DNA of 64,000 nt, taken from assembly GCA_021787475.1 (NCBI GenBank), contig JAJYLW010000002.1, positions 56,249 to 120,248 of the forward strand. The letters run 5' to 3'. The DNA comes from Actinomycetes bacterium (GTDB lineage Bacteria > Actinomycetota > Thermoleophilia > BMS3ABIN01). A program made the translations under genes and the position numbers. Position 1 is the stretch's first letter. Every line of letters starts with the position of its first letter. Positions 19,044 to 28,519 of the stretch are shown here, piece by piece. The notes under the pieces are model-generated. The model was not told the DNA's origin, ran no database searches, and saw only the letters and a program-made list of their open reading frames with translations.

Positions 19044-19097
19044 CAAGCCCCTCGCATCATTATTTTTTTGATTGTCCTGAGTGAAGAGGATGATCAG
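19044..19097. repeat. Intergenic repeat, type B, copy 1
   Basis: CAAGCCCCTCGCATCATT + T7 + GATTGTC-CTGA-GTGAAGAGGATGA-TCAG. The same element occurs at 45642 and 48152. Confidence 0.6.
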
Positions 19098-19103
19098 TTA
19101 AGG

Positions 19104-19925
19104 TTAATGCTTGCTCCTCTCAGGTTCAAGCGAACCACCGGGCCAAGGTATCATGTTTCCGCTGCCGGGCCGCACCGCCCCGGCTAGCGCCTTTTCGACG
19201 AGCTTCTTGGCGCAGCCAACAGCATCCACAGGCTTCCTTCCCTCTGCCAGCAAGCATGTCAGCGCCGCCGAAAAAAAGCAGCCGGAGCCATGAAATTCCC
19301 TGCCGCCACCCTGCCGGGCGCCAGGAAAGATTTCCGGCCCGCTATCTCCAAGGAAGACATCAACGGGCGGTCCCCGGAAATGACCACCGGTGATGCACAC
19401 GGCTCTGGCTCCCCAACTTGCCAGCCGCCGCGCCGCTTCGACGGCTTCGGTTTCTGTCCTGATCCGCAACCCGGTCAACGTTTCCGCCTCATCCAGGTTC
19501 GGCGTAATCACTTCGGCAAGCGGAAGCAAATGCTTCTGTATCGCGCGGGCAACTTTGCGGCCGCCCAGATCAAACCCGCCCGTGCTTTTTAAGACCGGAT
19601 CAACGACCAGCCACCCTGCCTTCCTGTTTGAAACCGCTTCCGCAACCGCCTCCACTGTTTCGGCAGCCGCCAGCATGCCTGTCTTTACTGCCGCAGGGGT
19701 AACATCATCGAGCAAAACGTCAAGCTGGTCGCGCACCGGCGCTGCGCCCAGCGGATGGATTGCTTTTACTTCAAGTGTGTTTTGTGATGTGATGGCTGTT
19801 ATCACACCCAGGCCATAAAATCCCAGCCAGTTAAACACGCGCAAGTCGGCCACTACTCCGGCTCCACCCGAGGGATCGAATCCGGCGACCGAAAGAACCG
19901 CAGGCATGCCGGACAACTCAGCCAT
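19104..19925 (-). CDS. thiD: Hydroxymethylpyrimidine/phosphomethylpyrimidine kinase
   Basis: PfkB-family motifs LSVAGFDPSGGAGV...AITSQNT. The start was set at the ATG with an 8-nt overlap onto thiL, since the longer ORF (ending 20093) is an unlikely N-terminal extension. Confidence 0.8.
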   Translation of the reverse strand: MAELSGMPAVLSVAGFDPSGGAGVVADLRVFNWLGFYGLGVITAITSQNTLEVKAIHPLGAAPVRDQLDVLLDDVTPAAVKTGMLAAAETVEAVAEAVSNRKAGWLVVDPVLKSTGGFDLGGRKVARAIQKHLLPLAEVITPNLDEAETLTGLRIRTETEAVEAARRLASWGARAVCITGGHFRGPPVDVFLGDSGPEIFPGARQGGGREFHGSGCFFSAALTCLLAEGRKPVDAVGCAKKLVEKALAGAVRPGSGNMIPWPGGSLEPERSKH

Positions 19926-20919
19926 TGCCGCCGAAGTGATCAAACCCGAGGACTTCGACAGCGCGCTCGGTTCCGTCCGCGTCCACGGTAAAAATACTCG
20001 CTGCCGGCGTAATTTCGCCGATCTCGACGACTGGCACTCCCGCGGAGCGCGCAATTTCCCCGGCGACGCCGTTGCTTTTTTCCCGGTCGGCAATGATCAG
20101 AAGCTCGTAATCTTCACCTCCGCGCAAGGCCAGCTCCTTTGCATTGAGGCCGTGTTGCCCGGCCGCCAGCTTCAGTTGCGGGTGGACAGGCAGCTTCTTC
20201 ATTTCTATTCTTGCGCCGGCGCCGCTTTGCATGCAGATATGGCGCAGATCACTTGCCAGCCCGTCGCTGATATCGGTCATGGCTGAGGCACCCAGCTTCC
20301 GCGCCACCTCCCCTGCTGCAAGCCTCGCCTCGGGAGTCCGGAAAGCGCGGATCAATTCCGGGAACCGATCCGTTTCTTTCTCATTTTTAAGCAGCCAAAG
20401 GCCCGCGGCGGCGCTCCCCAAATAACCCGTTACCAAAATCCTGTCTCCGGCCTTTGCCCCAGACCTCAGCACCGCCATCCCCGCCGGTACAGAGCCACAA
20501 GCCGAGATGCCGACCATTAGCGGCCCGGGCGAGCGCGCGGTGTTACCGCCAATAACCGATATCCGCGCCGCGGATGCGAAAGCTGCAATGCCCTGACAAA
20601 TCTCATCAATGTAATCAACGGGGGTTTCCCGCGGGCAGGCCAGGGAAACAATTGCATAAAGAGGAGCGGCCCCCATGGCCGCCAGATCACTTAAGTTTAC
20701 AGCCAGGCTCTTTCGGCCCAGGTCTGCCGGCGTCAGCCATTCCTTCCGGAAATGGACCCCTTCCAGCAAGAAATCAGTCGTTAGAACCTCATTGCCAACA
20801 GAAGGAACGGTTACGGCGGCATCGTCTCCAATTCCGACCAGGACCCCGGTAGACGCCGGCGCAAAAACCTGGCGCATCCTTTCAAGCAGGGCCGCTTCGC
20901 CCAGTTCGCCGACTAGCAA
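19918..20919 (-). CDS. thiL: Thiamine-monophosphate kinase
   Basis: AIR-synthase-related fold with the motif VLVGIGDDAAV...EGVHF. Confidence 0.8.
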   Translation of the reverse strand: MLVGELGEAALLERMRQVFAPASTGVLVGIGDDAAVTVPSVGNEVLTTDFLLEGVHFRKEWLTPADLGRKSLAVNLSDLAAMGAAPLYAIVSLACPRETPVDYIDEICQGIAAFASAARISVIGGNTARSPGPLMVGISACGSVPAGMAVLRSGAKAGDRILVTGYLGSAAAGLWLLKNEKETDRFPELIRAFRTPEARLAAGEVARKLGASAMTDISDGLASDLRHICMQSGAGARIEMKKLPVHPQLKLAAGQHGLNAKELALRGGEDYELLIIADREKSNGVAGEIARSAGVPVVEIGEITPAASIFTVDADGTERAVEVLGFDHFGGNG

Positions 20920-22223
20920 CCTGAAATTTCCCCGGCCTTGATTCCCAGATGTTCAGAAACAATCTTCATGGCGCAAAGCTCGCCGCACATGCTGCAACCG
21001 GGAACATCGGCGCTCCGGCGGCCGTTGTAAATTGCGCCCGCAGTGACTGGATCAATCGAGAGGTTAATCTGCTTTTGCCAGTCAAGTGATTTTCGAGCGG
21101 CGGCCATCCGCACATCCCAATCAAGGGCGCCCGAAACCCCTTTGGCAATGTCAGCGGCATGGGCAGCGATCCGGGAAGCGATAACGCCAAGCCGGACGTC
21201 CTCAGCCTTGGGCAATCCCAGGTGCTCCGATGGCGTCACATAACAAAGATAATCTGCCCCGGCGGCACCGGCGAGCGCGCCGCCAATTGCCGCGGTGATG
21301 TGGTCATACCCTGGGGCGACGTCTGTAACCAGGGGGCCGAGAACATAAAAAGGCGCTCCCTCGGCAAGCTTTTTCGCCATCTGGACATTAGCCTCAATCT
21401 CGCCCAGCGGCACGTGACCCGGGCCTTCGATCATAGCCTGGACGCCAGCTTCGCGCGCCTGCCGGGCCAGATTCCCCAGCGTCACTAGCTCGGCAAACTG
21501 GGCTCTGTCGCTCGCGTCCGCCAGGCAGCCCGGGCGGAGCCCGTCGCCCAAGCTGACGGTCACATCAAAGCGCGCCAGGATATCAAGAAGAAGATCAAAA
21601 TCCTCATAGAAGGGATTTTCCCGGTCATGATGAACCATCCAGGCAATCATGAAAGCGCCGCCGCGGCTGACGACATCCATTATCCGACCCTCCGCCTCCA
21701 GCTGCTCCAATGCCGACCGCGTCAAACCGGCATGAATCGTCATGAAATCAACGCCGTCGCCAGCCTGGCTTTCCACAACTGAGAGCAGATCGTCCCTCGT
21801 CATTGAAACAATGCTTCCCGAGCGATCACGCGCCAGCGATGCCGCTTCGTAGATGGGAACGGTGCCGAATGGCATGCTGGTGGCGGCAAGCAGCCGTCGC
21901 CGTAAAAAAGCAACGCCGCCACCGCTGGAGAGATCCATGACCGTGTCGGCGCCCGCACCTGCCGCCGCCGCAAGCTTTTCCAGCTCAGCCTCTTCCGAAA
22001 AAAACTCGCTGGAAGCGCCGATATTTGCGTTTACCTTCGTCCTCAGCCCGGCGCCAATCCCGGTGGCGCGCACATGCCTGCCGCAGTTCCCTGCCGGGAT
22101 GACTACCTTACCCGCCAGGACTCTCTCCGCCAGCTCACTGGCGGTGGCGGACTCCGCCTGAGCCACTTCCGCCAGCGCCGGCGTAGTGACGCCGCCTGCC
22201 AGCAGCTTGAGCAGAGTTGTCAT
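20913..22223 (-). CDS. thiC: Phosphomethylpyrimidine synthase
   Basis: 436 aa with the radical-SAM-like C-terminal CGELCAMK cluster motif characteristic of ThiC. Confidence 0.85.
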   Translation of the reverse strand: MTTLLKLLAGGVTTPALAEVAQAESATASELAERVLAGKVVIPAGNCGRHVRATGIGAGLRTKVNANIGASSEFFSEEAELEKLAAAAGAGADTVMDLSSGGGVAFLRRRLLAATSMPFGTVPIYEAASLARDRSGSIVSMTRDDLLSVVESQAGDGVDFMTIHAGLTRSALEQLEAEGRIMDVVSRGGAFMIAWMVHHDRENPFYEDFDLLLDILARFDVTVSLGDGLRPGCLADASDRAQFAELVTLGNLARQAREAGVQAMIEGPGHVPLGEIEANVQMAKKLAEGAPFYVLGPLVTDVAPGYDHITAAIGGALAGAAGADYLCYVTPSEHLGLPKAEDVRLGVIASRIAAHAADIAKGVSGALDWDVRMAAARKSLDWQKQINLSIDPVTAGAIYNGRRSADVPGCSMCGELCAMKIVSEHLGIKAGEISGC

Positions 22224-22954
22224 CTGCTCCCTCCGGCCGCGGCTCTTGACCCGCTTCGAGCAGGCGGACGCCGCCGGGCGAGGTCCAGAGCCCGGCGCAG
22301 CTCTCTCGTCGCGGCTACCATATCCTCAGCCATGGCGACCGCCGAAACCACCGCTACGCCGTCGGCGCCAGCAGTGATGCATTGATCCAGGTTGCCGGCA
22401 TTTATCCCCCCAATCGCGATCACCGGTATCCCCGCGAGCGCTTTGATTTTGCTGATTCGCCCCGGCCCAACGGGAGGTTTGTCCGGCTTGGTGGCCGTGT
22501 TAAAAACCGGCCCGGCGCCAATATAAACCGCACCTTCCAGCTCTGCTTTTCTCACCTCGTCTAGCTTCGCTGCGGATTTTCCCACGATCTTTCCCCGCCC
22601 GAGCATCCGGATCGCCGCGGTTACAGACAGGTCATCCGGGCCCACGTGAAGCCCCTCAGCCCTTGAAGCCATTGCTACGCCAACGTGATCGTTTATTATC
22701 AAGGGAATGCCGGCCGCCTGGGTCATTTTATGTATATCTCGCGCTATTTTTAGCGCCTCGCCCATGCTGCGCCGCTTGATCCTCAGCTGAATTGCGCTGG
22801 CTCCACCCGCAATGGCGGCTGTGGCCACGTCGATGTGGTCCCTGCCGAGCTCCGGAACCGAACTGGTAATGACGTATAATCCAAAGTCCAAGATATTCCC
22901 CCTGCGACAGCCGGTTTTTAGCAACCGGCGAACAATTCTGCATGCTTGCGGCAA
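22220..22954 (-). CDS. thiE: Thiamine-phosphate synthase
   Basis: TIM-barrel motifs LYVIT, IQLRIK and GIPLIINDHV. The exact start is uncertain because the ORF overlaps the upstream gene. Confidence 0.75.
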   Translation of the reverse strand: MPQACRIVRRLLKTGCRRGNILDFGLYVITSSVPELGRDHIDVATAAIAGGASAIQLRIKRRSMGEALKIARDIHKMTQAAGIPLIINDHVGVAMASRAEGLHVGPDDLSVTAAIRMLGRGKIVGKSAAKLDEVRKAELEGAVYIGAGPVFNTATKPDKPPVGPGRISKIKALAGIPVIAIGGINAGNLDQCITAGADGVAVVSAVAMAEDMVAATRELRRALDLARRRPPARSGSRAAAGGSR

Positions 22955-23730
22955 AACTGCGCTTCACCTGTCTGCGCCCGGATCAACTCCTCCTGTCGAT
23001 GTGCGTTAAAGAGCCGGCATTCCGGACTGCCGCAAAAAGGCTCACCAGTCATACGATACGCCAGCGCCTGCAATGTCAAACCTGCCGCAACCTCCGTCAG
23101 TCTCGGGTCGTCTTCCAGCAGGAAATCGCCGGTAAAAGACCGGGCCAGCTCCGGATTGCCAATTTCCGAGAGGCCAATGACCTGCGCCGTGCTGCGAGCG
23201 ATGTAGTAACCCGCCGGCCGCGCCGGAGCCTCAACGACGCCGCTGGTGGAGACAACCGCCGGCGCGCCCAGAATCACAGACCTCGTATGATATCGTTTGT
23301 CGGCTTCATCCAGACTTCCAATTAGCTGATTTGTAAATATGATGTTTACCGAGTCAAGACCCGACTCTGCAGCCGGCAGCAACTGCCGGTAAATCTCCAG
23401 GATGAGGCCGGCGTCGTAAAGCAAGCCAAAGACGCTGCTGGCGCGGTTTTTGAGCCTGGCAAGCTCGTAGCTGACTTCACCAGGCAGCGGCCTCCAGCCA
23501 GGATCGGCGGCCGCATTTAAATCCCTGACTTTGGCCCGCGCAAACGCCTCAGCCAGGGTCTGCCAGTCCCGCCGGCCGCAGCGAGCATCGAGCGCGCTTT
23601 CCAGCAGCGGCCCTCGCAGGTGCACGCGGACATGCGGGAGGCCGCTGCGGACAAAAACGGCAAGTCTGTCAAAATCAATCGCTGCGCATCTTGGCTCTGG
23701 ATAGATAAATACATCGACTATCTCAACCAT
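22918..23730 (-). CDS. Uncharacterised protein with a C-terminal C-x4-C ... C-x9-C motif, embedded in the thi operon
   Basis: Start at ATG 23730, with an AGGAG ribosome-binding site 11 nt upstream. No recognisable family motif was found. Its cysteine spacing is loosely reminiscent of the archaemetzincin CxxPxC box. Confidence 0.5.
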   Translation of the reverse strand: MVEIVDVFIYPEPRCAAIDFDRLAVFVRSGLPHVRVHLRGPLLESALDARCGRRDWQTLAEAFARAKVRDLNAAADPGWRPLPGEVSYELARLKNRASSVFGLLYDAGLILEIYRQLLPAAESGLDSVNIIFTNQLIGSLDEADKRYHTRSVILGAPAVVSTSGVVEAPARPAGYYIARSTAQVIGLSEIGNPELARSFTGDFLLEDDPRLTEVAAGLTLQALAYRMTGEPFCGSPECRLFNAHRQEELIRAQTGEAQFCRKHAELFAGC

Positions 23731-23752
23731 CTCCGCCGGTTCTCCTGCCGGT

Positions 23753-24553
23753 TTATTTTGCCGCGGCCGCCCTTTCCGCCAGTTTGGCGATGGCGATCTC
23801 GGCGGCCCGTTTTCCCGAAAGAAGCATCCCGCCAAAGGTGGGGCCCATTCGCGGCAGGCCGTAAGCGGTTGAAACCGCCATCCCGGTAATAATCAGGCCC
23901 GGCACGAACTCTCCAGTATGCTCGAGGATCAAGTCCTCGGACCGCTCCACCCACATGGCGCCAAACCCAACCGTCTCAGCCATTCCCCGCTGCTCAAGTT
24001 TTGACACGACGCAGGCGTCATGGCCGGTGGAATCAATTATCAGATCGGCTTCTATGGCAACAGGATCAACGCAGGTAATCTCGCGTGGCAGAGAGTTGAT
24101 CGGCGTCCAGTTAATGACAACGCCGGCGACGCGGTTGCCTTCTCTGATGACAACATCCTCAAAAATCGTCATATTGGCAAACTTTACGCCGGCGTCGCAT
24201 GCCGCTGCAATCAACTTGGAGCAGGCATGAGGACCATCAGCGACAAAAAGGCCGGGCTGCGCTTCCTCGAAAGGCACCTCCAGCTCTTCCAGAACCGCCT
24301 GCGCCGGCGCCCGCAGCGTCACCTTATTCATCAAATAGCCGCCGATCCAGAAACCGCCGCCGATGTAGTTGTTCCTTTCGACGATCAGGGTTTTCAGTCC
24401 GTTGGCGGCCAGATCACGGCCGGCCATCAACCCGCTGGGCCCGCCGCCAACGATAATAACGTCGCTTTTGGCATACTCTTCGAACTGCCTCATAAAGCTG
24501 CCGACGATTGCCTTTGTGACATCCATTTCATCGATTGGGTGAAAAACCGCCAT
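23753..24553 (-). CDS. thi4: Thiazole synthase, Thi4 family
   Basis: FAD/NAD dinucleotide-binding motif [12 protein letters not shown] and the Thi4-family core. The start was set at the ATG preceded by AGGAAG. The longer GTG-initiated ORF overlaps the riboswitch. Confidence 0.8.
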   Translation of the reverse strand: MAVFHPIDEMDVTKAIVGSFMRQFEEYAKSDVIIVGGGPSGLMAGRDLAANGLKTLIVERNNYIGGGFWIGGYLMNKVTLRAPAQAVLEELEVPFEEAQPGLFVADGPHACSKLIAAACDAGVKFANMTIFEDVVIREGNRVAGVVINWTPINSLPREITCVDPVAIEADLIIDSTGHDACVVSKLEQRGMAETVGFGAMWVERSEDLILEHTGEFVPGLIITGMAVSTAYGLPRMGPTFGGMLLSGKRAAEIAIAKLAERAAAAK

Positions 24554-24599
24554 GCTGCTTCCTTTCGTCCGGTATACAATTGATAAAAAAGCCGCGCCA

Positions 24600-24722
<123 letters not shown>

Positions 24723-24737
24723 GTATGTTTCAGTCGG

Positions 24738-24765
24738 ATTATATCATGCCGCAGAAGCGGGGCAA
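24738..24765 (-). promoter_or_regulatory. Putative sigma-70-type promoter of the thi operon
   Basis: Minus-sense TTGCCC, a 16-nt spacer, then TATAAT, about 15 nt upstream of the riboswitch. Confidence 0.45.
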
Positions 24766-24796
24766 TAACGATGTGACGCCATCATTGACGAGCTGC

Positions 24797-24997
24797 TTAA
24801 CCAACGAAGACGCTGTCTGCGGTCGTTTTTTTCGCCTTGACGTCAACGGCAACCCCCTGCCCTTCATTCTGCCAAATATCTAGCGAATCAGCAACAAGGG
24901 ACTGCGGATCTTCAAACTCCTCGCCGCAGATTTCACAGTATCCCCACTGATTGACCGACCCTGCGGAAAGACAGACGTCACAATCATACCTGTCCAT
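24797..24997 (-). CDS. Small zinc-ribbon protein (66 aa)
   Basis: Contains CDVC...CEIC. The internal ATG is preceded by GGGAGGG 6 nt upstream and is preferred over the longer ORF. Confidence 0.45.
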   Translation of the reverse strand: MDRYDCDVCLSAGSVNQWGYCEICGEEFEDPQSLVADSLDIWQNEGQGVAVDVKAKKTTADSVFVG

Positions 24998-25129
24998 TTC
25001 GATCCCTCCCGAGGCAAACAAAGCGTCGATGATTAGGGCTTGCGTTGAAATTACCGAGGTCAAAGCAAAGCTTTGTTTTTTCATACCCCATACGAAGTAG
25101 GCATAAACACGGCAGGAGAAAAACATTTT

Positions 25130-26200
25130 TTAGCGTTTATGCCGACCGGCGGGATACTGCCGGCCACCTGGGGCCCCGGAGACAGGGCAAAAGGACATCT
25201 TCTCCTCGGCCTCGATCAGGATATCGACAGCCTCGGGGTCAAACTGGCTGCCACGGCCGGCAAGGAGCTGGCTGCGCGCCTTTTCCGGCGTCATCGCCGG
25301 CCGGTAAGGCCGGTTCGAGGTCATAGCGTCATAGGCGTCGGCCACTGCCAGCAGCCGGGCGCCAAAAGGAATGTCCTCCCCGGCGATGCCTTCAGGGTAG
25401 CCGTGGCCGTTATATCGCTCGTGATGGTGCTTGACCATGGCGAGGACGTCCTCGTCCTTGATAATTGGCTTCAGAATCTTCTCGCTTAAAATGGGATGCT
25501 CCTTGATCTGATCGAACTCTTCATTGGTAAGCTTGCCCGGCTTCCTCAAGACCGCTTCCGGGATTCCAATCTTGCCGATATCATGGACCTGCCCGGCCAG
25601 CCTGATGCGGGCAATTTCCTTTTCCGGGAACCCCTTTTCCTTCGCCATCGCCACGACGATCTCGGTCACCCGCCGCGTATGGCCGTTAGTGTAGGTGTCC
25701 TTAGCCTCCAGAGCTTCCGCCAGCGCCTTCAGGGAGCCGAGGAACGTCTCGCGAATCTCGACGGTCTGTTCTTCAACCTTCAGCTCCAGAAACTCACGAT
25801 ACTCGCGGTTGGCCTGGATCAGATTTCTTTTTTCCATGGCCCTTTCAACGCTGAGCCGAACCTCATCGAGATCAAACGGTTTCATGACGTAATCAAATGC
25901 CCCCAGCTTCATCGCCTCGATCGCCGTGCTGGTGTTGGCGACCGCGGTAAGCATGATCGTTACGATACCGGGCTGCGTGGCGCTTGTCTCTTTCAGCAGA
26001 TCTATGCCGGACCTGCCCGGCATCATGACATCGCTTAGCACCAGATCAACGGATTGTTTGCCTAATATTTGCAAAGCCGCATCAACATCCGAGGCAAGAG
26101 CGCAATTGTAACCCTCTTCTTCCAACGCCCTTTGCAGGACGGCCCGAACCGAGGCCTCGTCATCAACAATAAGAATCTGGGTTCTTTGTTTATTGGGCAT
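25130..26200 (-). CDS. Response regulator with a C-terminal HD-GYP phosphodiesterase domain
   Basis: Receiver domain (ILIVDDEASVRAV, DLVLSDVMMPG), then an HD domain (HTRRV...HDIGKIGIP) and the GYP motif HHERYNGHGYPEG. Confidence 0.8.
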   Translation of the reverse strand: MPNKQRTQILIVDDEASVRAVLQRALEEEGYNCALASDVDAALQILGKQSVDLVLSDVMMPGRSGIDLLKETSATQPGIVTIMLTAVANTSTAIEAMKLGAFDYVMKPFDLDEVRLSVERAMEKRNLIQANREYREFLELKVEEQTVEIRETFLGSLKALAEALEAKDTYTNGHTRRVTEIVVAMAKEKGFPEKEIARIRLAGQVHDIGKIGIPEAVLRKPGKLTNEEFDQIKEHPILSEKILKPIIKDEDVLAMVKHHHERYNGHGYPEGIAGEDIPFGARLLAVADAYDAMTSNRPYRPAMTPEKARSQLLAGRGSQFDPEAVDILIEAEEKMSFCPVSGAPGGRQYPAGRHKR

Positions 26201-26474
26201 GAATGCTTTTGCTGATCAGGGGGTAGCTCGCGCCTGCGTTTCTGGCGCGAAGAGTAGATGCAAAGACATCAGCAAGGCCACCCCCTTGTTTCGCAAATCG
26301 CCTAATATTTTAACAAAAGCGACGCGCCGGCAGATATATTTTTGGCCTGCTATTTGCTTAAAAAATCATCGGCGGCAATTTTCAATTCCTTTAGGCATGA
26401 AAACCGGCGGCCTTGATCATCGTTTGACCTTTCATAAATGTGGCAAATAGATTAAAGTCGCCATAAAAAGGAGA

Positions 26475-27122
26475 ATGCTCCCTGCCATGGATCTCGAGGA
26501 AGCAATCAGAAACAGGCGCAGCCACCGACTGTTTAAAAACGCCCCGGTAGAGCGGGAGAAAATTGATGCCATTCTGGATGCCGCGCACTGGGCCCCCTCG
26601 CCGGCAAATACGCAGCCATGGGAGTTTATCGTCATACGCAGACGCGACGCTCGCCGACGGCTCTTCGAGTTTTCCGAAGAGGCAAAAAGGAGCGGCCGCA
26701 TCGAGGTGCGCGGTTTTAGCTACGTCAGGCCGCTGCCGGAAACCGTCGCCGAGCCTTCTTCAGAAGAATCTGAGCGGCTGGCGCTGCAACATTATTCTCT
26801 TTCCTTCCTGAAAAACGTTCCCGTCATCATCGCCATTGTTGGCCTGCCACTGACGTCAGTCAGATCCGCCAGTTACCAGGAAACACGCGACAGCTACAAG
26901 TATTCCTGCGGAGCCGTCATTCAGAACATTCTCCTTACCGCCGAGTCATTGGGACTTGGCAGCCTCTGGTTCACTCTTTTTGACCAGAAGCCGGTGCGGC
27001 AGTTCCTGAGAATTGGCAACAGCAAGCATCTAGTGGCAATGGTGCTGGTCGGTTACGCCGCCATTTCCCCGCCTTCCCCGGGCCGCCTGCCCCTGAAGGA
27101 GAAAATCACCTGGATCGACTGA
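26475..27122 (+). CDS. Nitroreductase-family flavoprotein
   Basis: RRSHRLF ... PSPANTQPWEFIVI motif typical of the family. Confidence 0.75.
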   Translation: MLPAMDLEEAIRNRRSHRLFKNAPVEREKIDAILDAAHWAPSPANTQPWEFIVIRRRDARRRLFEFSEEAKRSGRIEVRGFSYVRPLPETVAEPSSEESERLALQHYSLSFLKNVPVIIAIVGLPLTSVRSASYQETRDSYKYSCGAVIQNILLTAESLGLGSLWFTLFDQKPVRQFLRIGNSKHLVAMVLVGYAAISPPSPGRLPLKEKITWID

Positions 27123-27124
27123 CG

Positions 27125-27709
27125 GTGAGAGTATTGGGAATCATGGGCAGCCCCCGGCGCGAGGGCAACTCGGAAATACTTCTCGACCGCGCCCTTAAGG
27201 GCGCCGCTGAGGCCGGCGCCGAGGTTAAGAAGATTAGACTGGTGGGGCTGAATATATCCGGCTGCACCGAGTGCAACGATTGCTACGATGACGGAAGTTG
27301 CAGCACCGCCGACGACATGGACCGCGTTTACCGCGTCCTGGAATGGGCGGACCGCATCCTGATTGCGGCGCCTATCTTCTTTATGGGCCTCCCCTCCCAA
27401 GCCAAGGCGATGATTGACCGGACGCAAAGATACTGGGTCCTCAAATACGTCCTCCACCAGCCTTTTCCCCGGCCCGCGAATGCGCCACCCCGCTACGGCA
27501 GCTTCATTGGCGTCGGCGCCACCAAGGGCAAGCGCCTCTTTGATGGCGCTATTTCGACATTAAAGTATTTCTTCGATGCAATCAGCGTCGAGCCGCGCGA
27601 GGATCTGTATTTGCTCATCCGGATGGTTGATGAGAAAGGAGAAATAAGAGAAAGAGAAACCGAACTTGATTCCGCCTACAAAATGGGAAAGAAGCTGGCG
27701 GAGCTCTGA
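27125..27709 (+). CDS. NADPH-dependent FMN reductase / iron-sulfur flavoprotein-like protein
   Basis: Flavodoxin-like start MRVLGIMGSPRREGNSE and a compact Cys cluster CTECNDCYDDGSC. Confidence 0.65.
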   Translation: MRVLGIMGSPRREGNSEILLDRALKGAAEAGAEVKKIRLVGLNISGCTECNDCYDDGSCSTADDMDRVYRVLEWADRILIAAPIFFMGLPSQAKAMIDRTQRYWVLKYVLHQPFPRPANAPPRYGSFIGVGATKGKRLFDGAISTLKYFFDAISVEPREDLYLLIRMVDEKGEIRERETELDSAYKMGKKLAEL

Positions 27710-27765
27710 CCGGGAACGGCAGCGCTCATGACATCCTGCGAGAAGCCCGCGCCAATACCAGAAGA

Positions 27766-28038
27766 TCAACACGCAGCGGCATCATCCCGCCGGTCCGAAT
27801 TAGTTACCGGTTCCTGTGCAACGCGCCTGTCGACCACAATTTTGACTTCCGGCATCTGCTCGGACAGCTCATTCCGGCGCCGGCTGAGAAAGGGTATCTT
27901 GTGATCAATAATAAGAAGTTTTTGTCCACCTTCATCGATCAAAGCCGATTTGTAACCGCAGTACCGGCAGCCGTAGTAATCGCTCTTTGGCTTTTCCTTC
28001 TTTGGATGGCCGCAATATGGACAGGCAAAACTGTTCAT
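27766..28038 (-). CDS. Hypothetical small protein with an N-terminal CPYC...CRYC zinc ribbon
   Basis: ORF only. No recognisable family. Confidence 0.35.
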   Translation of the reverse strand: MNSFACPYCGHPKKEKPKSDYYGCRYCGYKSALIDEGGQKLLIIDHKIPFLSRRRNELSEQMPEVKIVVDRRVAQEPVTNSDRRDDAAAC

Positions 28039-28063
28039 TCTGGAAATATAGACGTTTTGCGGG

Positions 28064-28333
28064 GTGATTCACATCGGGGATTACCCTGAAAAAGGCTTGA
28101 ATCTGAAGATTTTTTCTGCCTCAGACCTCGGCGCATGCAACGGCCTTAACGGCGCCCCTGCCTATGTTGCCTACGAAGGCAAGGTTTACGATGTTTCCTC
28201 CAGCCCGCTTTGGCAGGAAAGTCTCCACCAGGAAGAGCACCTGGCCGGCAGGGACCTGACCGCGGTGATGGCTGACGCGCCCCACGACCCGGGTCTGCTG
28301 GCGGACTTCCCCATCGTGGGCGTAATCAGATGA
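28064..28333 (+). CDS. Cytochrome b5-like heme/steroid-binding domain protein
   Basis: YVAYEGKVYDVS...HLAGRDLT resembles the b5-fold signature. Confidence 0.5.
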   Translation: MIHIGDYPEKGLNLKIFSASDLGACNGLNGAPAYVAYEGKVYDVSSSPLWQESLHQEEHLAGRDLTAVMADAPHDPGLLADFPIVGVIR

Positions 28334-28335
28334 TA

Positions 28336-28410
28336 TGGCTCCTCGGGCAGGACTCGAACCTGCAACCAACCGGTTAACAGCCGGTTGCTCTACCATTGAG
28401 CTACCGAGGA
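28336..28410 (-). tRNA. tRNA-Asn (anticodon GTT)
   Basis: Reverse complement UCCUCGG...CUGUUAA...CCGAGGA-G-CCA. It closely matches bacterial tRNA-Asn. Confidence 0.85.
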
Positions 28411-28477
28411 GCGTAACAATGAAGTACCTGCATTATAGAAGGCCACAAAGAGCCTTTTCAAGAAAGAATGTGTTGGT

Positions 28478-28498
28478 TCCGGGGTCCGGGGTCCGGGG
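28478..28498. repeat. Tandem heptamer (TCCGGGG)x3
   Basis: Read directly between tRNA-Asn and the rpoD terminator. Confidence 0.8.
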
Positions 28499-28519
28499 TG
28501 CGAGGCGAAAACTGGAAGA

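Noticed and set aside
19926-20093. N-terminal extensions of thiD, dnaG, hisS, aspS, thi4, sigma factor and the small Zn-ribbon gene suggested by the longest ORFs
   Set aside because: In each case an internal ATG with a recognisable ribosome-binding site matches the family N-terminus. The extensions overlap upstream genes or the riboswitch.
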